A model generated the notes under the pieces. It was not told the DNA's origin. It searched no databases and worked only from the letters and a program-made list of their open reading frames with translations. A stretch of 63,229 nucleotides of DNA, counting the filler, from Octopus bimaculoides (taxonomy: Eukaryota), in assembly GCF_001194135.2 (NCBI RefSeq). It is 7 parts of 6 records of this genome, joined end to end, with 100 filler letters (N's around TTAATTAATTAA, not from the genome) between each part and the next. Parts side by side here need not be neighbours in the genome. Positions count along the whole stretch, not along the records: positions 1 to 18,241 come from NC_068984.1; 6 more parts are not named here. One strand, given 5' to 3'. Positions 1-12,285 of the stretch are shown here, one piece after another (position 1 is the stretch's first letter; each line of letters starts with the position of its first letter). A program made the translations under genes and the position numbers.

Positions 1-215
1 TATATATATTATATTATATATATTATATTATATATATTATATTATATATATTATATTATATATATTATATTATATTATATTATATTATATATATATTATA
101 TTATATATATATATATATTATATATATATATATATTATATTATATATATATTATATTATATATATATTATATTATATATATATTATATTATATATATATT
201 ATATTATATATATAA
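1..215. repeat. AT-only low-complexity (TA)n/(TTA)n tract
   Basis: Sequence is only A/T di- and trinucleotide units. Confidence 0.95.
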
Positions 216-3200
216 AATATACATGTATTATATATGTATATTTTAATGTATATAAATAAAATATATATACACAAACGCATAAATATATACACATAAAAAC
301 ACATACGTATGTATGAATGTATTCGCCTAAAGCGAAATGACTAAAGAATGTACAGATGATAAACATTCAAAGAACCTGTTTTAATGCTAATTAGTATAAA
401 GAAACAGAGTAAAAAATTAAAAAAAAAAAAAAAAAANNNNNNNNNNAAAAAAAAAAAAAAAAAAGAACCATTGATGAAAACGTTAAGATAAACCAACAAA
501 GCTATCTTGTGATCTTATGATCAAAGCAGCTATGCTATTAATTTTCATAGAATAGTAACGGATGATAAATCCAGAAGAATCTGTTGCAGAAATGGTTGGA
601 ATGAATTATTTCTAGAAAACAAACCAGTGTAATATGGAAAACAGAGTTGCATGTCGATGAAAAAGAGAGAAGTGGGTGGGAACACTGAAATAAGAAATAA
701 ATAACTACAGGAATTATTTCCATTCCATCATCGATAAATGTAACAAGTAGATAGGAGATAAACGGATTCGTTCGGAAACCAGAAAAATCATCTGAAATGA
801 CACTTAATCAATACAGATTATACAGATATGATCAGTACTAGTTAGAATGTATATGAAATAATATAAAAAGCAGATAATAAATGGATTTTTTTAAATAGCA
901 GTTATATGGAATCTGAAACCTTGTACTATTACAGTACAAGCAACTGGAATGTCAGGAATAATTGCCAATATTTGGAACTACAAAATGGTCAGCGGATGGA
1001 AACCTGTTAAATGGAGTAAACTTTCGCTTTTTAAAGTGATTTTGAAGATGTGTTTCACGTCTCATGTACATTACTAATCTATTTTTTATTTTATTAAGGA
1101 ATAGAGTAATCACCAGTGATAATAAATTACCGAGTTATCAATAGTAACATTTTCGGGGTATCGTGTGAGAGAGGTCAAACGAACTTATAGCTTTGGAAAT
1201 GTAGGCAATCAATGAATGAGGTTAAAAATATTGTAGTCACTTAATATAAGATCACAGTAATCGAAATCAACAATGTGTGTGATATATATTTCGTGTTCGA
1301 CAAAACAATGAGATACAATGGGTTTAGAGAGCAACTGATGGGTTTTTACCATGGAAATATTAAGAATCATAACCGAGTATCAATGTGTTATATAGACAAA
1401 CATGCAAACATAATAAAGAGGAGGAGTAAAATATATACTTACATTTGCGGTTGTTTCCAGGTGATTGAACATAAGATAACACTTGCCTGCACGCTTTTTT
1501 AGATTTATTATGTAGATATGATCTAGTCCTCATTTAGACACATTTATTTTTACATATAAATCCGACAGACTCGAGTTATCCCTTGCTCTCCCCCCCTTAA
1601 TGTGTAGATGGGATGAAATTTATTCCAATAGAATGGCTCTTGGTTTGTTCTTTTAATATTCTAATATTATCTTTTTTAAATATATAAATAATCAACTGAA
1701 AGGGAAGAAAACCGACGAGGAAGTTTCGAATGTGGATTGAATAGGGGACAAGGTGAAAAAAAAAAGGAGGAGAATAAAAAATAGCTAGCAAGGAGTTGTT
1801 CTTTTGTTTAAGCAGGTAGCTTGCTTGTAACGGAGTGAGAAGGTCAAGCCAAAACAGCTACAAGTAAAAAATATGTTCAGATAATAAACTGTAGGGTGTA
1901 GGGTAAGCTAGGCAAGAACAGGGTAAAACCCATCCGATGATTTGGAAGGTTGTGACTGATTATTTTCGGAGATATTTTGATTCCTTTACTTATTTTTTTC
2001 TTTTCGTTATTACGCTCGTAAATATATCTCTACAAGCAGTGTTGTCCTATATATATATATATTTATTTATATATATATACACACACATACAAGCAGAGAT
2101 GAAAAGCGTAAAAAAATATATATGGGTTTTGTTGCAGTTCAGCCAAAACTGTAGTAGTAGCGAATCGTGTGTAAAATTCGTGAGTGCGAGATAATTCGTC
2201 TTACTACTAATAGCAGTAGTTCGTAATGTGTGGGTCACCGATTGATGGCTAATGGTAAGCAAACTCCAACTTCTCGCCAATAAACTTAGCTCCCTTATTG
2301 TTTAGAAGATATATATTTTTCCTTTCGGTCACTCTCCGCTGACCTATAAAGAGCCTGACTCCCTACCTTGCTACCTTGTTACGGAGAGAAGTAACAACAT
2401 GAAGAAAGGGTAGAAGCCATTTTTATTGTGACGTCATTGGAAGACAACAGTGAGCGGTGCTTCGCAATGAGAAAGGTTGGAGGAGATAATAGCAGAAGCA
2501 GCAGAAAGATCAAGTGCTGGGTAGATAGGCAGAGAGAGAGGCACAGCGGCAAAACAAATGGTTAATGATGTAAAAAACACATATATATATGTATATATAC
2601 CAGGACAATGTATATATACATATATACTAAGTGGTATACGAAATGAATGGAAATGTGACTACTCTTGTGTCTGTCATGTGAGAAATGTACAAGATACATT
2701 CCAGCATGATATATATGTATGTTTAATATATTTATATAGATGTTAGGGTGTACAAACCGCAGAAAAAGTACTTGTATCGCCTTTTCGAATGTACAAAGAC
2801 GGAAAACTCGGAGTAGCTGTGGAGTTATTCATCAGCGCCGAATGAATGAATATGTATCAGTTAATACCGACACAGACCTCAGCGAGTCATCGTCGAACCT
2901 TAGTGCATATCTTCAAGCAATAAAACGACGACAGGTCAAGGTACCCGTTGCTTAGACCCCTAACGCCACATTTGTCCTTGTTAGCTTTAAATAGTTAAAT
3001 AGTTTCCGCTTTCATTTTTCAGAGATACAGCCTAATCGATCAACATTCAATTAGTTTTACAGTTTTTATCGTTTTGTTGTTATAATTTATAATTATGACT
3101 TCATTTATCAGCTGTCTCTCTTAATAGTCACTTACATAGTTCGTAAGGGACTTGTTGGTTTATTTTCGCTCTTTATTATATCCATTAATATTAATCTCAC

Positions 3201-4026
3201 TTCGCAGGACACTCCCGATTCAACTCAGGATTATTTATTTTTTCCTACATTTTCTTTCGCTCTTTTACACTTTATTTATTACACGCTTACATGTGGTGTG
3301 TGTGTGTGTAAAGGAATTGTTAAAGAGAAATTGGATGCTATGTTTTTGATTTTTTTCATGAACAAATTAGCTAGTCGATTGTATACATCAAGCATAGCCA
3401 ACCTTTTCGAGGGTCTCAATTTGTTTATAACTGGAATAGATGTAAGTTATTTAATACAGGTGACTGGATTGCGGGAGACGAAAGGTTGACATTTCTTTTG
3501 TCGTGATCTAAACCCAGAGTTTCGATGTTATGCATTTACTACGGTGCTTTAGCATTTCTGTCTTTTCCGTCACCCTAACATCGACAATTAATAGTATGCA
3601 CATTTCTCATTCATTCACTAATTTGAAACCTTTTTACAGTTGTACCTACAAGCTGAACACACGACGAATTTTGTTCCATACTTAGACGATGGCATTTTAC
3701 TTAACATAACATTAAGGGAACACATTAACATTTGCAACTTTCTATTTCTCCTTTCTTAGAAAGAGGACGTTGTGACATTAACAATTTTTCTTTTATTACT
3801 ATCACTTTGAACATCTTTTGTTTATCTTGTAACATTTTTGGTTGTTTGGGCAGGTTTAGTTTTTCTTTTTTATTTATTACATAGAAACGAAATCAGCGAA
3901 TTGGAATACAAATTTATTAGTCCTGACTTGAAATCCGATCTTATGCTACAGGTTTCTTTTTGTATTTCCAAGAACAGTGCATGCATACATACATACATAC
4001 ATACATACATAAGTGCTACTCTTAGA

Positions 4027-4087
<61 letters not shown>

Positions 4088-4564
4088 ACATACAAAAATA
4101 AGAAGAATGACCAGCAAAAGTGGACTCTTATTAATAAATTATAAATTTTATATATATATATATAAAACCATCTGAGAATGTTACGAAAGAAGACTGTCCA
4201 GTGAAGCCGAAAAGTTTTATTCCTCTTCGGTTTACCGTAATAAAATGGTTAATGTATATCGAATTTATTTCGGCGAGTGATGAGTTTTGCTATGGGTCGC
4301 ATGTTTAGCTAAGAGGAGTGAAACTTTTCATTGAAAGTTATCAAAACTGATGTTAATTATTCAGTATTCTCGCTTCTAAGAATGGTTGAAAGGGTTTGAC
4401 CCGGTGGGAAATAGAAAAATAAAATATTCTAATTATTGCACGGTTCTTATTTTACATGCTTGGCTGCTGCTAAAGTTTAGCAGTTGTCAAGTCTCTTTGC
4501 ACGGGACGCATCGCAGTGCTTGTAACAAGAGTCGAAACATTGACCTTTCAAGCCAGTAAAAAGA

Positions 4565-5490
4565 AAGCAAAAAACGTTGTTTAGCTCCAGACTAGCTCTG
4601 ATCGAGAAAATCTGTAACGAAAGATGTTCTAGCCGCGACCACATTGTCCAATGTATATATAAGACGATATAAGATTATGAGTTGATGGACATTTGGCTAC
4701 TATTTCTATTTATATCGAGCGACTACACAGGGGCTCTCATTGACTTGCGGCTTGAGAAATCTATGATTAAAGGCTTTCCAGTCATAATCATCCTATCTTT
4801 TTTCCTATGTGCTGGGAACTTAGAACAACATTATCCAACGTATTCTTTTCTAAGACGGTCGGGTAAGATTTGAGGGAACTTGGCTGCTATTTTTAGCATG
4901 TCGAACTTTGGCCTAGCAGCTCCCTCGTTAGCTTCTAGTTCGGTGGATATTGATAATTTGCTGAGAGGATAGGAAGTATCTAGTATTTTAGGTGGAACCC
5001 TTTATCGACCAGTTTGTCACTTTTGCTTGTCTTGCGAACCAGTCCGTTTAATGTTACGCATGTAAAACGATACTTTCTGTTATTCACTATTCACATGCAT
5101 ACTGTGGCAGCTGTTGCCTGCCATTTGCAACATCTCTGCTCACCAACAGTTGCTATTGTTGTTGTTGTTGTGTAAATTACCGTTAGAATATCTAATTTTG
5201 CTAACACTATTGGAATTATTACTAGTATGATATCTGAGGAAGCTACTACTATCACCACCACCACTACTATTACAACTACTACTGCTCCTATTCTTATTGA
5301 TGTTGTTCAGCATTGATTCGACAAAATCAAACATATGATCAAAGACTTTCCACACATGCCCATCCTCTTTAAAAAAAATTGTGACTGTATTTTGGACTAC
5401 ATTATTTAACGTGTCCTTCCAATAAGAATGCATGATATGGATTTCACGGGGAATAGGCTGCTTTTTCTTTTAACAGGTCTAGCGAGCGAT
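4565..5490 (+). repeat. Three degenerate partial copies of a dispersed repeat family (also about 8495-8620, 9170-9340, 21475-21570)
   Basis: Recurring motifs gtttag(c)..cag..ctgatcgag, tatgatcaaa, cattatccaa, ttggctgctattt.tagc at these positions; class not determinable. Confidence 0.45.
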
Positions 5491-5719
5491 CTCTGCCGTT
5501 AGCTTGTATCTCTAGTGTCAGTGTTACTACTACTCCGAGGAATATTTCGGTTTTTATCACCATAATTTTCATTATCTCATTATTTCTTTTGTCCTCTTCA
5601 ACGCTATTTCTACTACTCTCATCGTTATATTTGCTGCTGCTGCTATTGCTGTTACTACTACTACTACTACTACTACTATAACATAGGCACAAGGCCACCT
5701 ATTTAGTGAGAAGGAAAAC

Positions 5720-5885
5720 AGTCGTTTATATTGACCCAGAGACTTGAATGGTACTTTGTGATATCGAAACCAGAAGGATGAAAAGTAAAGTCAACCCTCG
5801 TTGGATTTGAACTTAGAACACAATGGAGCGTAGTTAAATACGGCAGAACAAATTTTGCCTGTTGCTCTACCGACCCTGCCATACT
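5720..5885 (-). mobile_element. tRNA-derived SINE family 2, degenerate copy
   Basis: Motif gaaggatgaaaagtaaagtcaaccctcgttggatttgaacttagaac aligns with the cleaner copies at 12315-12494 and 32571-32776. Confidence 0.7.
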
Positions 5886-6275
5886 GCGACAACTACTCCC
5901 CTTTTTCAGCTCTACTACTACTACTACTACTACTGGTGATGATGATGATGCTGGTGATGCAGTTAGAGAAAATACTGACCTCACAATTCTGTCAATCCTT
6001 ATACTGTTACTTTATTTTATTGACCACCTGAAAGGATAAAAGGCACAATTGCCCTCATCAGGATCTGAACTCAAAGCCCTGGGTTTCTGCCACTTGTATC
6101 ACTACCAAGATTGCTATTATCACTGTAATAGCACACACCTAGAACAAATTGACATCACTTTTCACTCCTATGGGTATTGAAAAAATAAGTAGGAAAATTG
6201 GCAGAGCTGTTATAATAAAGGAAAAATAATGCCTTGTAGTGTTTACAGTTCTATATTTAAGAGATGAGGAATTAT

Positions 6276-6717
6276 GTACATTATTTACATTTGACAGATA
6301 TTTGTCCTTATCTTGTTTGTTGTTAACAAGTTTCGGCTGATATACCCTCCAGCCTTCATCAGGTGTCTTGGGGAAATTTCAAACCTGGGTCCTCATTCCT
6401 AAGGTATTTTTTGATATTATTATTATTATTATTACTATTCAGGTCACTGCTTGGAATTGAACTCGGAATCTTGGGGTTAGTAGCCCGCGCTCTTAGCCAC
6501 TGTGCAATATGCTCATGGGCATATGGCGTAGTGGTTAAGATTCGGAGTTCGATTCCAAGCAGTGACCTGAATAATAATAATAATAACATCGAAAAATACC
6601 TTAGGATTGAGAACCCAGGTTCGAAATTTCCCCAAGACACCTGATGGAGGCTGGAGGGTATATCAGTTAACAACAAACAAGATGAGGACAAATATCCGTC
6701 AAATGTAAATAATGTAC
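6276..6717. mobile_element. Head-to-head fold-back dimer of a tRNA-headed SINE-like element with a hammerhead-like tail
   Basis: Inverted arms centred at 6515/6516; box A (TGGCGTAGTGG) and box B (GAGTTCGATTCC) like motifs; CTGATGA-stem-GAAAC on the minus strand at 6330-6362. Confidence 0.8.
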
Positions 6718-7859
6718 TTGTATCTGGTTTCCAGTGTTCAGAGCCCAATTCCTGCAAAGGTCAATTTTGCCTTTTTATCTGTTCAGGGTTTATAAATAAC
6801 TACCAGTTCAGAGTTTATAAATAACTACCAGTTCAGAGAAATGAATTGGTAGAATTGTTAGTGCTTTAGTATTTATTCTCATTCTTTATGTTCTGAGCTC
6901 AGGGATGGTAGACTTAATCTGTTGTCTGATTTATCACCCCCGCTTTATCTTTGGAGTTCACTCTTTAGCAAGTATTCAAGCCATGTTTTCAGTCAGTGGT
7001 GTAATGTGGGGTGTGCAGACTGCATGAGGTTGCCACTTTGGTAGGGAGGGAACAAACGTATGTTGAAGGCATGTCATGTTTAAGGAAGTGGGCAGCCAAT
7101 TTGGCTCCTGCACAAGGTGGCCAAAACCCTTGTTATGTTATTGTCTTCACTTTGAAGATGCATTCCTTCCTTTTACCCATCATACATGGAGGCCTTATTA
7201 AAGGACCTAAGCACTGCCTTTTCCTCCTAACAAAAGCATAAAAGAAAAAGTGTCCAGAGTTTCAATTGATGGAATTATTAAATCTTTGAATGAATATCTT
7301 ATGGTATTTGTTCTGGGTCTTGAATATCTTATGGTATTTGTTCTGGGTCTTTGTATTCTGAATCATTGAGAGATAAACCTTAATCTGTTGCCCGGTTTAA
7401 CATCACCACCTGCTCCTTGGATGCTTTTAGCAGAGATCATTATGTTGCAAGCATTTGGAGTAAGTTTCCAGTATGAGAATAACTTTCTCTCTCTCTTCAT
7501 CCTACAAGTCTTGAAGTCACTGAAAAAGTAAATAGTGATGGAGACTGTTTTTCCCTTCCTGATTGAAATGTAAAAAAATGGTACCTGTCATCAATAGATC
7601 CCATATTCAAATCAATCGTTGCTCAACTGTTGCTAGGTAAAGACCTATCCCTTTTCTCCATAACTTTTGGTTTTTGAATGCCTGATCTCAGATTTTTGTC
7701 AAATTTATTGTTGTACTCGTCCTCTTTTGTTTTTAGAGATACTTTGTAAAATTTAAAATAACATGGGAAAAATTTTAGTCAACTATATTCCCTCTCTCTA
7801 TGCCAATTGAGTGAAGGCTTATAACCGGTATCTGTTGCTCCCCGTGTTGTGTTGACACC

Positions 7860-8245
7860 ATATCAATAGTGAAGCTGGAGTGTCCTCTCCAGGTGCAGTT
7901 GTGTGTAATGGTGTGGATGGATGTAAGCCTGGGCAGTGTGATATGGAGAACAGGCTGTTGCCCATGCAACTTGTCCCCCTCTCCACCTCGTTGATGGATC
8001 CAAAGGAACAGCAGGGCTGCTACAGTTTGGCGTCAACGCAGTCTCAGGATCTGCCAGAATGAAGTTGAGATCAGCATTGAGCTGCCTTAGGGCCTCCAAC
8101 TCTGGATTTTTCCTTGAGGTTTACTCCTGAAGCCTTTTCCATGACTGGATATTGCCACAAGGCAGCGGCGGAGGTTTGAAATTAGAGTTTTCCTTCTCCT
8201 AGATGGGCAGCCTTCCTAGGCTGATGAACCTCAACTACCCAAAGC
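7860..8245 (-). mobile_element. RTE-clade LINE 5' region remnant
   Basis: Minus strand reads GGCTGCCCATCTAGGAGAAGGAAAACTCTAATTTCAAACCTCCGCC, as I recall for RTE/BovB-type 5' regions; 7961-8050 also aligns with the SINE body at 55803-55895. Confidence 0.6.
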
Positions 8246-8858
8246 ATTTGGTTTTAAGGCACCAGATACCTGCCTTTGCCCCTTCTCCTGTCTGTAAAAG
8301 CAGTTCTGCCATGAGCAGGCTGGGAGTTGGACTTTGGTTGTCAGAAGCTTTTTGAGACGCACGCCATGTAAGAGCATTTTGTAGATAGTGGGCACTTATC
8401 CCTACTACCACCCTGGCTGTGACAACCATTCCAAATTAGCAATCTAGCACCAGTGTGAGAAATCAATAAGTATTGTAATCATTTGTTCCTTGCTGTTTTT
8501 GTAGTTTTAGCCCCATGTCAGCCGTGATTGGGCAGATTTATGATCATCAATTCTTTTTTTTTTTTTTTTTCAAGCAGATTATCCAATGTGGTCTTCCAGT
8601 TTTAAGATGACAGGTGTGAAGTAGAAAATAATCATTCTAATCCTTTAAAAAATGGATCTGTCAATGTTATTGTTGCTGTTAAACTTGTTAAACTGCTTCC
8701 TTCTAAGAAACTGACAAATCTGTAAGGAATTATTTTGCATAGATTAATAATATAGGTGCTGAGAGCCTAAATTCTTCTCCAAATGTTTATGTTCTTTTGT
8801 AAGCTTTTGCTGGGCAAGGAAGTAAATGCTTATTTGTTCTATTTAATCTTTAGCTTAA

Positions 8859-9079
8859 CCCTTTAGCATTTAAAGAGGCCATATCTGACCAAAACATTCC
8901 AGATGTTTTATGCTCAAAGTGGCCAGATCTGGTTTCTCACACCAACCCTACAATATCATTCTAAAAATTAACATTTACCTCATCAAAAATCTCAAAGCTA
9001 CAAGATAATGCATGATTAATTCAAAGCAATGCAAATAAATAAACATTACTTTTGATAGAATAATCTGAATGCTAAAGGG
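8859..9079 (+). mobile_element. piggyBac-type MITE (221 bp)
   Basis: TIR CCCTTTAGCATT / AATGCTAAAGGG; TTAA on both sides (8855-8858, 9080-9083). Confidence 0.85.
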
Positions 9080-10074
9080 TTAAGCAATGTTCATAGCAAC
9101 TTTGTATTACAGCAACAAAATATGTAATACGAAGTTCATAACAATTTTGTATTACAATATTCTTTGGCCATTGTTGTTTAACTCCCTAGGTCAGATCTGA
9201 TTGAGCCTTTGATCAAAAACCTTCCAACCTTGACTACTCCATCTCATTTTTAAGCACAGTACAACCAAGCCAACAATATCTAATGAGTCTTTCTTTTCTA
9301 AGATGGTACAGTGTTGTTTGAGGAAGATTCATTTGTTGTATTATGCATTGAATGATCATATAAAGGTAACCTTGTTGGTTTTGTTGAGGTAGTTGGTTTG
9401 GATTCTAATAAAGATATTGCAGTCATTGTCTGTGTTGTTGTTGTTGCTTCTGTGTAATTTCACCACAGCCAGTCAGCTGTATTTCAGTTAGATCTATTAT
9501 ACAAAGACTAGCGTTTTGGGTATTTAGAGACAGTTCATAGGATCTACACTTCACATATGCTATTTGGACCTACAGTCTGGTCTAAAAACACTTATGTAAT
9601 TCATCGTCACGATATTGCTTTGAGAAAATTCTCTTTCAGTTGGCAATTTAGCTTTGATTATTCTGCTTTTAATTATAGGCATCATCTTTAAACATAGTCC
9701 TTACAGATGATCCTAATTTAAAAGTAGCACAAATAGTTAAGTCACTAAGCTTCCAATCTACCAATCAAAAGGTCAGAGTTTTATCTAGTTACAGGTCTTA
9801 TCTTGCCTCTGGTCATATTTGAGTCTGATCTGAAGTCACACTATACAGTTTATTGAACATATATATATGATTTTGAAAGAAAAAAAAATGAACTAGAGGT
9901 TGAGGAAATCAGTGTTGGTTTCAATCAATGGATTTAGGTAGGTCTAAATAACATTAAGAAGGTAAAAGATAAACCATTCCCCTGATAAGCTTTTAGTGTA
10001 TAAGTAACTTCTTGAGCCCCTGGCAAAGCAAAGCATAAATCTCCTATGAATTCCACATTACTGCCACTGCTTAC

Positions 10075-10146
10075 AGTGGTTAGTTATACCAAACCTTTTT
10101 TTCACTTGCAGTACACTTATATTCTTTTTAGAATTCAGCAACACAC
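10075..10146 (-). CDS. Candidate internal coding exon (72 nt, phase 1-1), unknown protein
   Basis: Acceptor tttttttccctatactttttgttatatctttagttcag, donor GTAAGC, open frame xVLLNSKKNISVLQVKKRFGITNH; no homology recognised. Confidence 0.3.
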
Positions 10147-10525
10147 CTGAACTAAAGATATAACAAAAAGTATAGGGAAAAAAATTACATTCAGGTTACA
10201 CTGTGGCACACCTAGCATAGTCTCATAGTACACTGGTGTGCTGCAACATATCAGTTGCAGAGCACTGAGTTATACCATGTTCAGTACGTACTTAAGTGGA
10301 CTTGATCATTCAAAGCTAGGTATCTTGTGGATTGATAATTTAAATCTAAGTAACTTGGCCTCTAATGAACAGTTCTGGTTATCGAATATTCTGTAGAGTT
10401 GACTTGTCATGCTTTCCTAAATATTACTTTACTAGCATACAAAAAATAAGATTGAGTTTTTCTTAACAACCAAGGCTAAAAAACTGTGTGCCTCAGATAG
10501 GTCTCAAAACATGTTCCTAATCTAA

Positions 10526-10729
10526 CCCTTTAGCTTTCAGATTAGATTGTATTGCAATTTTTATTTATTGACATTGTTTTGAATTAATCAGGCATTATTT
10601 TGTACCTTCAGGAATTTGATGATGTAGTTGTGTATTTTTAAAAAGACGTTGTGAGGTAGGTGTGAAAAACCCAATGTGGCTGGTTTGAACATAAAACGGC
10701 TCAATTTGGCTAGTTTAAATGCTAAAGAG
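10526..10729 (-). mobile_element. piggyBac-type MITE, second copy (inverted)
   Basis: Reverse-complement similarity to 8859-9079; degenerate TIRs and flanks (ctaa/tcaa). Confidence 0.7.
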
Positions 10730-11152
10730 TCAAGGTGTGTGCATTAGATAACTAAGTTAGTATTGTCTTAGATTAGCAACCACAAAATCAGAGTACCAGA
10801 GCGTGTCCCTTAGTTCTGCATCATGTCTATAACCAATGTATTTGATATAAAATGGCCTGTCTAGTTGTAATTTACAGGTGTTTGCTTTATTAGGTCCTCT
10901 ACCAGTAATATCAATGCAGTTGAGTAATCTCTGTCCTACTGAAGTCTCCAAAATATAACATCTGTTAAGGCCTGTTGTTAGGAACAACAGCAGTGACCTT
11001 CAACCTATAATTTTGCTTATGGATGCTAATGTTAAAATGATATAAAGTAATATCTGGAGACTAGGGAGATGGTCTGTATCCATGAATATTAATCTAGCAA
11101 GTTCAGAGATAAAAGAATTACACATAAGTGTGATTTTGCATAAGGTCATTAA

Positions 11153-11373
11153 CCTTTTAGCATTTAAGCTGGCCATATCTGACCAAAATATTTGACCTGC
11201 TTTATGTGCAAACTGACTAGATCTGGCCTCTCATACCTATTCTACAATGTTATTCTAAAATATATATAGTCACAACATCAAAATCTCCAAGCTATAAGAT
11301 AATGTATGATTAATTCCAAATAATGTGAGTAAATAAGCATTACATCTGTCAAAGTAATCTGAACACTAAATGG
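11153..11373 (+). mobile_element. piggyBac-type MITE, third copy
   Basis: ttaa-ccttttagcatttaagctggccatatctgaccaaaa, colinear with 8859-9079. Confidence 0.8.
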
Positions 11374-12285
11374 TTTATGTTATGCAATAAATTCTGTCAT
11401 GTATAAAACTACTTTCTTTTTATCATATGTTGTGGAGGTATCAGGTTGGTGAACTAGTAAATGTGATAGGGAAAAAATAGAGAAAAAAAGATTAAGAAAC
11501 ACCAGATCATCGCAGAGTTAACTTAGTGAATTGATTGTCTCCAAGAAGCTTATTTAAAAGCTGATAGATGTCTACCAATACCTTGTTAAAGTCAACTTTG
11601 CAAGGTGGTAGTGTTGATGGGTGGGTGTACAAGTCTAACTATTGTGAATGTAGTTCTACTGACCTTTGTGTTTTTTTTTCTTTATTTAAAGATTCTCTCT
11701 TTTTCTTCCACTAACATAACAATTATATGACACTCTGCATTCCATTAACTGTCAAATGGTTATTGCAGGGTCAACGACTCAGAGACTTCAGTTCATGACC
11801 CAGTGTTCTTAGTATATCATATGTGTTGATGTATTTTTGTATGTATGTGTATAAATTACACACACACACATATGCACACACACTTAAGTCTATTTATATC
11901 TATGCACGCCCCCCCCCACACACACATGCTCAAAGGAAGGAAATATTTAAGTACATGGTACTTAAAATCATCCTAACTTGATGTCAATGATAAGAAGAAT
12001 GGAAATGATGATTTTTTCCCCTCTTTCTCTTTCTCTAAAACCTCACAAAGACAAAACAGACACATATAAACACACATACGAAATTAGAAATAAATACACA
12101 TGCGAAATTAGAACGTTTGATATGTAAATGTACCAAGGTATAAAAAGGTATAAATATCACAAAAACAAAAAAAAACAACAGCTTTATGTGCTTGGCTTAT
12201 CAATATTTAAATGAGGATTTAACCAAGAAATAAAATTGTTTATTTTAATATGTATATGTATGTAAGTGTATGTGTATGTATATAT

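Noticed and set aside
5140-5984. Ser/Asn/Val-rich ORFs of 84-97 aa
   Set aside because: Derived from (CTA)n/(TTG)n tracts, a dispersed repeat and a SINE.
6516-6570. tRNA genes at SINE heads (here and at 16610, 21910, 48595, 56037)
   Set aside because: Only box A/B-like motifs; no complete cloverleaf or acceptor stem, and all continue into repeat bodies.
6359-6757. Mirror-image ORFs of 132 aa and 93 aa on opposite strands
   Set aside because: Their similarity follows from the DNA palindrome.
8221-8227. Other CTGATGA hits (8221 on plus; about 2830, 18955, 22458 on minus) as hammerheads
   Set aside because: No stem II followed by GAAA and no stem III/GUH arrangement.
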